Assembly (NCBI GenBank): GCA_052055015.1
Contig: JBQJIT010000040.1
DNA: 44,926 nucleotides
Direction: 5' to 3' (one strand)
Origin: Malassezia furfur
Taxonomy: Eukaryota
Position 1 is the stretch's first letter. Each line of letters opens with the position of its first letter. The notes beneath the pieces are model-generated. The model searched no databases. It saw only the letters and a program-made list of their open reading frames with translations, and was not told the origin of the DNA. This document shows positions 29,181-36,804 of this stretch, piece after piece. Made by a program: the position numbers and the translations under genes.

Positions 29181-30777
29181 TTAGTTTGATCGTGCGTGGA
29201 TGAGCGGTACGACTGTCCATGGGCGCGGTTCGTCTGCGGACGGTTCGGCTGACCCCAGCGCGGCTCGGTGGCATGCGTCGCAGCAGTACGTCACAATTTG
29301 TGCCATGCCATCCAGACGTACTTTCTCGCCATTTTGACTCTTAACCGCATCGCCACCGAGTACGGCTACCGTTGCGTCGCGCATCCCGCCACACACTTCA
29401 CATGGGACATCCTGCTCGCCACGCACCACGAGTTTCCGCGGTGCGTAATATTGCCTAGCGAGTGACGCCAACATCCACCGCCGCAAGAATATGGTCCGTG
29501 GATACGCATCCAACGCCATGCGAGGGAGTAAAGGTCTGGGTCAGAACGCGACGTACTGCGCCCAGTCAATCGTCCATAGGTGTTCACAGTCTCCTCCGTG
29601 CAGCAACCAGTAGGGTTGGGCGAATGCCGTCGGCGGTAATGCATCCAGTCGTGTCGTAAGAGGTCCACCGTACATGGTGCAAGAGGGAAGCCCAGAATCG
29701 GAGGTGCCTAACAGCGCCCGGACGTAGCTGTCGTCCGATTCGGGGTCGAGTCGGGCATACAACTGATTCTCAAGAAGAACGGCGACGTCGGTCTCTAGTC
29801 GGCGCCCGGTGTAGCGTGGGTATGCCGTACCTTGCCCGGCGTCATGGGGCCCTGTCCAGTGTCCTGCAAGGCCGGGTGCATCGTTATGCATGGTTCCACG
29901 CCTACCCTCGCGTTCGGGAATTTCAGCGTTCCGGCACATCATTTCGTCGACCAAATCGGCCAGGGTATGCCGCGTGGTGAGGTGTATGCGCTGGGCAAGA
30001 ATAATCTCGCCATCTATCTCATCCGTCGTCGGTGTTTCAAAAGTGCCGCTTGCGACGCCTACGCGGCTGCGCATCTTGCGCGTCAGGGCAACAGCGCGGC
30101 GAGCGTACACCGAAATCTGCAAAAGGGCGGGTGTACCATCCGTAGGCACGGGTCGTATCGGCTGCGACAGCCGCTGAGGCTGCATTAGCAAAGTGCTTAC
30201 CTTGTTCTCCATCGCGTCCTGATCCTGCACCGAGAGGATGCGCGCATACAGAGGGAGGTTGTCATACCTAGGTCAGCTTCACCACGCACTTGTCCATGCG
30301 AAAAGCCGGCGGCGCCATCTCGGCAATCATCTTACGTTGTTCAGCGCATCCTTCTGGAATATTCATATATGTTCCTGATGCATATTCCATCCAAGTGGCC
30401 GCGATAGTGGGCACCAGATCAGCGTGCGGGACCTCGCACCGTGTGGCTGCTGCTTCGCATCGCTGCTGCACCAGAAGTCTAGCACGTTCGTCGAGTTCCG
30501 TCGTATATAATGGCTGCGTGCACTCCACTGCCAGCCGCTTCTCGGCCTCTACGAGCGGAGCTGGCTCCGTCGGGACACCGAGCTCAAGCTGCGCCGTACT
30601 CATGCACGTCGTCCACGAAGGCACACAGGCCTCCACATCGCGCAGCCCGTCGCCATGAGCGACAGTGCGCTTAGCGTTCACAAAACCCGCGCGGTGATCT
30701 ATGAGTTTAGGCAGGTTGTCTGCAATTGAGTGTACATGAACGATGCAGTCGTGCAATCGGTGCGGGCCGGGTGACAT
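29181..30777 (-). CDS. SNAPC3: snRNA-activating protein complex subunit 3 (SNAP50/SNAPC3)-like
   Basis: PYWLLHGGDCEHLWTID, YPRTIF, CEVC and CCDACH zinc-finger motifs. Introns 30268-30289 (22 nt), 30180-30200 (21, in-frame) and 29536-29556 (21, in-frame TGA) join three ORFs. Confidence 0.75.
29536..29556 (-). other. 21-nt spliceosomal intron with in-frame stop (SNAPC3)
   Basis: GTACGTCGCGTTCTGACCCAG contains an in-frame TGA; excision joins the HxGxCEH segment to the C-terminal Cys motifs. Confidence 0.85.
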
Positions 30778-30802
30778 AGCATAGCATCTACGATGAACAA
30801 TG

Positions 30803-31110
30803 TTACAAGTGCACACCAACAGCGTTAAACAGAGCAACGACGCCGGTGCCCGCAAATAGGCTCGCTCCAACGGCGAGCAATGCTTTTTGCAGGGAACGCT
30901 TGCCGCGCGGGAAGCTGGGTAAGCGGACCACGTACGTCGAGAAGAAGAACGCAAGCGCAAAGGCCAGCACGAGCGAAACTAGCGCAATGGCGCGCATCGC
31001 GTGCACCGGAATCATTGGCCGCGCATCTGGAAGGGTACGAAACTCATCCTGGGGTCAGCCGCTTTCCAACGCACCTGTACCGCTTTGTACGCCGCGTAGT
31101 CCACCGTCAT
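30803..31110 (-). CDS. OST5: Oligosaccharyltransferase small subunit Ost5/TMEM258
   Basis: Spliced ~86-aa two-TM protein MTVDYAAYKAVQ|DEFRTLP..LAFALAFFFST|FPRG..ASLFAGTGVVALFNAVGVHL. Introns 31049-31074 (26 nt) and 30915-30935 (21 nt). Confidence 0.78.
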
Positions 31111-31228
31111 ACCGCTCGGAGTCGACGTGGGACGTGCGGAGATATTCGGCCGATGTGAATTTTGACCCTGCTGTGCAGTGCATCAGGCGATTTTAGGAGG
31201 GCACCACCACCCGGCTAGGCACACAGCG

Positions 31229-32735
31229 ATGAAAGTAGTCGCGGCGGTGGTCAACCGCGGGTTCCGCCGTGTGGAACGCGCGGCCGAGCGCGTCATTGGT
31301 CGTGCCGGCCCCCTGTTTGTCGCCATTTATCTCGGCTTGGTTGGTACAGGCGTTTGGCTGTTCTGTACGTTGCATCACTGACCCAGTCGCGTGTGTTTTC
31401 CCGACGCTCGTCTCGGTTCCTACGCCATTACAGCGCTTGTTCTCGATTGGAAACCCGGGGCATATTTTGCTCGGCCTGCCCATGGCCATACATGACAGCT
31501 GCAGGCAGGAACCGCGTGCGATGCTCCGTTGCGTTTGGCTCACGGTAGGCTGTTTCTACCTGGCATCCATGATGGGCTGGTCTTACTACATGGCTTGCAC
31601 CGAGCCGCCTGGGTCTCCATCGCATGGCATGTCTGAAAAGCTACACGAGCGCCGCATCGGGCCTGGGAGCGGCATGTGGTGGCAACAAAAGTGCGAGCGC
31701 ATTACCAGCGCCACTTTTGGGCTGCCATGCAACGAAGAGGAGGAGGGTCGCGCGCACGACTCGATTCCTTATGCTCACTCGACGTGCGACCGCCTGACGC
31801 CGCGCAAGGTTGCGCCGGGACCCAAAGCTACCTACGAGCCCAACGCCGACCTCTCCACATCTTACCGCTTCTGCAAGAAATGTGCGCAGGTGCCTCTGGT
31901 AGAAGCCATTGCGCGGCTCCCACCTGAGCTGCGTAAGGTTGAAAAATGGAACCGGCGTGACCATCTACTCCGCATGAAGCAGAAGGCGGCGGAGGAAGGT
32001 GCTGCTTCAGCGCAGGATGTCGCAGAACTCTCGTCCAGCCTGCCGCCCGAGCTGTTCATTGACAGTGACGAGGAAAGTTTGTGCGATATTTCACAATGGC
32101 TTGGAGAGGATGCGCAAAACACTGTGCTACCTCCCAAACCAGAGCGCGCGCACCATTGCAAGACATGCAAAATGTGTGTGTTCAAATTTGACCACCACTG
32201 TCCCTGGATTAACCAGTGCGTCGGGCTGGGTAATGAGCGCTACTTTGTCTTGTTCATGCTCTGGTTTTCGCTGGGTACCTCTGTATTTGGCGTAACGGCG
32301 TGGGAAATTGTGAACGAGGCGCTGTGGCACTACAAGTGGCCGTATCGATATGCGCCGCGTGTCTTGTTCATCGCGATCTATGCCAAGGCGGTCGTTATGG
32401 GTGCGGCCGTGTTTGTGCTGGCACTGTGGCACCTCTACCTCGTTTCCAAAGGCGAGACGAGCGTTGAGAGCCAGGACAATGCACACTACCGAAAAATGGC
32501 CAAGGAGCGGAACGACTGCTTTGTGAATGTGTACGATATGGGTCGTCTGCGAAATCTCCAGATCTTCTTTAATGTCGGACGCGGCCTGAAATACGGCTAT
32601 TATACCCTCCTTCTTCCGTGCCGTATCGAGCCCTACTCGGACGGCTGGCGCTATGCCAAGAGCCCCGGCCTGCTAGGCCGCCACATGGGTATCAAGCAAG
32701 AAGAAGAGTTTACCGACGACGACGGCGAGCCTTAG
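31229..32735 (+). CDS. DHHC palmitoyltransferase (ZDHHC16-like)
   Basis: [44 protein letters not shown] and [11 protein letters not shown]. The 22-nt intron 31365-31386 links exon 1 ([19 protein letters not shown]). Confidence 0.92.
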
Positions 32736-32879
32736 GATGAATAAAAATGCTCTTCACATGTAGAGATGCGAAGCTTATGTATAGTGCAGTGACCAATACA
32801 ACTATGGTCTGATGGAGACGAAGCAGGTATGCTAGATTGGTGACAGGGTATAGTCCAGTACAGAATCAGATCGTGTCTT

Positions 32880-34538
32880 TCAAATAGGAGTTTTTTTGTC
32901 GTCCGACTTGTCATCACTCAGGTGGATTCCTTTTTCATATTCATACGCGTCGGGATCCTTGACGTAAGCGTCGGAGTCCCGCACCTGGTGAGCCGCTTCA
33001 ATGTCCCGGCCCTCGACTCGCGTAAGTACTTCCTCGGCATTCGTGCCTTCAACGTGGTCATCAATCTGGAGCTCATCACCACGACGCTCCACGCCAAACA
33101 CAAGAAGAACGGTGAGATAGCCCACCACACAGGCAAGCAAGATGGCACTGACCGTCGCATAGTCAGCAATTTTCTGGCCAGGGTGCTTCGGGTCGTCCAT
33201 AAGAATATTCTGACCGCCGCGACTCTCGATTGTGGACGATGCAGAACTGGCCATGTTACCAAGCTGGTACGCGAGGCCAGGGAACGTCGCACGGAAAGCT
33301 GCCGGTGAAATTTCGCTCAGGTACACCGGAATGACTCCCCAGGCACCTTGCACACCGACCTGGATAAAGAAGCCACCCGCGGCCAGTCCACTAAACGAGT
33401 TGGGAAGGATCCAGGCGGGGATCATGCATCCGGCGAAGATGATGAACGTGAGCATCGCAAGACGGCGGCCAATGTATTGCGAGAGGTAACCGGCGATCAT
33501 GCCACCAGTGATGGCACCGCAGTTAGCAATGATTGTTGCAACAGACGACTGGTCGGCCGTGAGCATCTTCGCTTTCTGAAGCATGACAGGGTAAAGATCT
33601 TGGGATGAGTGGCTCAGGAAGTTGAAACCAGTCATGACAAGGATGGCATAGATGCACATTTTCCACTGCTCTTTAAGCATCTGACCAGTTTCCACGAAGA
33701 ATTGCTTCACAGGAGCTTTGCTGATAGGCTGCAAGCTCCGCAGGCGTTTTTGTTCGAGGAACTTCGGACTTTCGGGGAGAACAGCCCGGACAATACCAGC
33801 AGCAAGTGAAAGACCAGCACCAAGGTAAAAAAGCAACTCCCATTCACCCTTGCCATTGTGGGCCTTGTTAGCCCAGCCGAGGTTGACCGCCGCTGCAATC
33901 AAGTAGCCCATGGCATAACCTTGCTGTAAAATACCCGAGAAAAGTCCACGCGCCGCGGTTGGCATGTTTTCCAGAGCAGTTGCCGTCGACATACCCCAGA
34001 TACCACCCATGCCGATACCAAAAATAGCACGAACCCCAAGGAACTTACCATACGTATCCGCGTACGCAGTTCCCAGAGAAAGTGCAGCGACAATCAGCAT
34101 ATTGACAGAAAGAACCCAGCGACGCCCAAAACGATCCGCAATCACACCAAACATGACCGCCCCAAGCGAACGCAGTAGAAGGGTGAGCATGATAGCGTAG
34201 TTGACTTGGCTCGTTCGTTCACTCCTATCCTTTTCGTTCGTAGGGTGGAAAAATGTTTCGACAAGCTTTGAGACACTCATCGACACCGCGAAAAAATCGT
34301 ACGAGTCCATGATCCAGCAGAAAAGACCGCACAAAAACCATGCCCATTGAATTCCATTGAGCATGGCAAAAATCTTGAGTGGGTTTAAAGGTGCACCCGC
34401 GCGCAGGCGCTCGCGCTCCCGCTTATCTGGCACATGGAAGAGACCATTAGTGGGGTCTTTAGCAAAGAGCTTAGACACCATCCTATTGCAGAAACCAAGC
34501 AGAGCAATGGTAGGGGGGAAAGACAGACTCTCGGGCAT
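32880..34538 (-). CDS. JEN1: Jen1-like carboxylate:H+ symporter (SHS family, MFS)
   Basis: WIMDSYDFF, LLLRSLGAVMFGVIADRFGRRW, ARGLFSGILQQGYAMGY, signature NFLSHSSQDLYP and QGAWGVIPVYLSE. The true start may be 34481. Confidence 0.92.
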   Translation of the reverse strand: MPESLSFPPTIALLGFCNRMVSKLFAKDPTNGLFHVPDKRERERLRAGAPLNPLKIFAMLNGIQWAWFLCGLFCWIMDSYDFFAVSMSVSKLVETFFHPTNEKDRSERTSQVNYAIMLTLLLRSLGAVMFGVIADRFGRRWVLSVNMLIVAALSLGTAYADTYGKFLGVRAIFGIGMGGIWGMSTATALENMPTAARGLFSGILQQGYAMGYLIAAAVNLGWANKAHNGKGEWELLFYLGAGLSLAAGIVRAVLPESPKFLEQKRLRSLQPISKAPVKQFFVETGQMLKEQWKMCIYAILVMTGFNFLSHSSQDLYPVMLQKAKMLTADQSSVATIIANCGAITGGMIAGYLSQYIGRRLAMLTFIIFAGCMIPAWILPNSFSGLAAGGFFIQVGVQGAWGVIPVYLSEISPAAFRATFPGLAYQLGNMASSASSTIESRGGQNILMDDPKHPGQKIADYATVSAILLACVVGYLTVLLVFGVERRGDELQIDDHVEGTNAEEVLTRVEGRDIEAAHQVRDSDAYVKDPDAYEYEKGIHLSDDKSDDKKTPI

Positions 34539-35247
34539 CTTGGTTTTTTTAAGTTCCCTTCCTGAATTCAGCTAAAGCCGATACTAGTCCAATGGGGACC
34601 CTTCCTGGGGCCATAATCGCAGCAGCCCCGCACTGAATTGCCGCAGGAATGCAAAAGCCATGCGCTACTTGATGCAGAGAATGTGGGGTTTTCTCTTGCT
34701 GACTCGTACGCCTCGCTCAACTTTTTGTCTACAGCCAATCAAGATTGGCAACGCGTGAAAAATGGAAAAAAATGCTCAGCTAAGGACGTGCGAAGCCGCA
34801 ATAAATTTTGCCAGTGCGTGATCGGCTCAGTGAGGGGTTTCCACTGGGCCCCACAGTGGGGGAGATATCCAAGTCGTTGGGAAAGACTTATCATGGTCAG
34901 GTGACACTTGGCCGCAATTTCATTGGTCTGGAGAGACATGGTGAGGAGCGGGAGAAGAGACCACCTCTGATCGTGCCTTTTTGAGGTACACAGCTATGGC
35001 GTGTGCACCGGGGCCTTCCCAGTTCGATAATTGTCGCCTACCGTACAGCCTTCCTGTATTACGCCGTAGTAGAAGGGTTCTGTAACAGTTAGCTTCGTAC
35101 TCCTTAATATCTGCTTGAGCAGTCTGCGTGGCTCCAAGTTGATCTGGCATTACATGCTATAGGTCACGTTCGATCTTAGTGGATGGCGTAAAGCCGACGC
35201 CGCCCGCTAACCACCTCCACTACATCCTCCACACGGCCACCGCCTTG
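34539..35247. promoter_or_regulatory. Long divergent promoter JEN1/Rab with clustered SYGGRG (CreA/Mig1-type) sites
   Basis: Largest intergenic region (~700 bp; about 48% GC in two hand-counted 60-nt lines). SYGGRG matches at 34605, 34626(rc), 34683, 34849(rc), 34856 and 34928. Confidence 0.45.
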
Positions 35248-35914
35248 ATGTCCTCGACACGGCCGTCATGGGATTACATTTTAAAGTTTATTATTATCGG
35301 TGACGCATCCGTCGGCAAGTCATCGCTCCTTGTGCGTTTGACTGAGGACCGGTTTTTGGTGAACTCGGATGCGACGATCGGGATCGAGTTTGGCTCGCAT
35401 ATCATTTCGCTCGAGTCGGGCGAGCGGCTGAAACTCCAGGTGTGGGACACAGCCGGGAGCGAGCAGTTCCGGAGCGTACGTATAAGCAGCGGCTTACACA
35501 GATCACACGCTCTTACTACAAAGGTGCAGCTGGGTGCCTGCTGGTGTATGACGTAACCGTGCGCGACACCTTTGCCCACCTGCCCTCTTGGCTACATGAT
35601 GTGCGCGAACAGGCCGAAGAAAACGCGACGATTGCGCTCGTCGGCAACATGGCCGATCGCCCGGCTGATCAGCGCGCTGTGTCTAAGGAAGAGGCTGAGA
35701 CATTCGCGGCAGAGAATAAGTACGTGACGTCCGCTGATGCAGCCTCTTGTTTTTCGAGACGAGCGCCAAGACGGGCGAGAATGTCGTTGAAGTGTTCACG
35801 GCCGTCGCAAGTGCGATCCTCGCGCGCTACAAAGCCAGCCCACCCGACGAACAACCATCTTCCACAACAGTAGACCCGCGTGCGCGTCCCGCGCAGGGCG
35901 GATGTTGCTCGTGA
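35248..35914 (+). CDS. Rab-family small GTPase (Rab2/4/14-like)
   Basis: IGDASVGKSS, TIGIEFGS, WDTAGSEQFRS|ITRSYY (26-nt intron 35476-35501), LLFFETSAKTGENV after the 23-nt intron 35720-35742, and a C-terminal GGCCS prenylation motif. Confidence 0.9.
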
Positions 35915-35952
35915 TCTATGTGTACAGTAGGTAGACACTACCTTTTTTCGGC

Positions 35953-36711
35953 TCATGCGGCAGCGGCTGCTGGCGCCTGAGATTCGGACGGTGCTGGCGC
36001 CACACGCCAGTCGCCGCCGCTTGCACCCTGGCGCCAATCACGCGGCGCCGGGGCCGGCAGCGGCAAGTGTTGCCGTGCGGCTTCGGCCTCCTGCATCGCG
36101 AGGCGTTCCTTCCATCCAAGGCGCAAGAATGCCTCGCGCGCAAATTGCTCGCGCCGGCGCTCGCGACTCTCGACTTGGAGCTCGTGGTGCAGCTCGCGCG
36201 CCAGTTCCGGGGATGGGTGGCGCAGGTGCATAAAGTTGCACAACCCTCCGCGGTTGCATTCGTTCGTCTCGTTCTGCCGGCAGCACGCCTCGCGGAAGTC
36301 AGTGACGGGCGAAAGCTCCGCAAAGAGCGGCTTGCCGTTGAACCAGCGCATGTTGAGTTCGTCCACAGCATGCTGTGCATCGTCTTCGGTCTTGAACCGC
36401 GCGTAGACATTGCCGATGAGGTGGTCGCCGACGTTATCGCAGACGTGCATCTCGACAAGTTCTCCAAGTTTCCCGAGCTCGACAAACATGTCCTGGTAAA
36501 AGTCGTCGAACTGTGCCTGGAGTTCGGCATCGGTGAGGGTACAGTTGGGGTTCAGGTGACGGGGGTTCTGGTACACGTTGGAGAGGAGGATAGTGCGCGA
36601 TGCTGTAGGCTCAACGTGCCTTCGTGAGCACCGCTCACCGTGCCGGCATGCACCGATCTTGAAATAGAACGAGCAGTTGACCTTGTCCTGCTCAGAACCA
36701 AAGTTGCTCAT
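35953..36711 (-). CDS. U2AF1: Splicing factor U2AF small subunit (U2AF35/U2AF23)
   Basis: FGSEQDKVNCSFYFKIGACRHGERCSRRH (ZnF1), UHM VCDNVGDHLIGNVY and ELSPVTDFREACCRQ..CNRGGLCNFMH (ZnF2). Confidence 0.95.
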   Translation of the reverse strand: MSNFGSEQDKVNCSFYFKIGACRHGERCSRRHVEPTASRTILLSNVYQNPRHLNPNCTLTDAELQAQFDDFYQDMFVELGKLGELVEMHVCDNVGDHLIGNVYARFKTEDDAQHAVDELNMRWFNGKPLFAELSPVTDFREACCRQNETNECNRGGLCNFMHLRHPSPELARELHHELQVESRERRREQFAREAFLRLGWKERLAMQEAEAARQHLPLPAPAPRDWRQGASGGDWRVAPAPSESQAPAAAAA

Positions 36712-36804
36712 CGTGGTGGCGCGCCAAGCGCCGTCGTCGCCGACCCTCCACATAAACCCACGTGGCACCCGCGCCGTCGACGCGACACGGTGCGGACGAC
36801 GGCG

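Noticed and set aside
34539..35247. Possible centromere in the GC trough
   Set aside because: Malassezia centromere cores are described as strongly AT-rich; this region is still about 48% GC and reads like a promoter.
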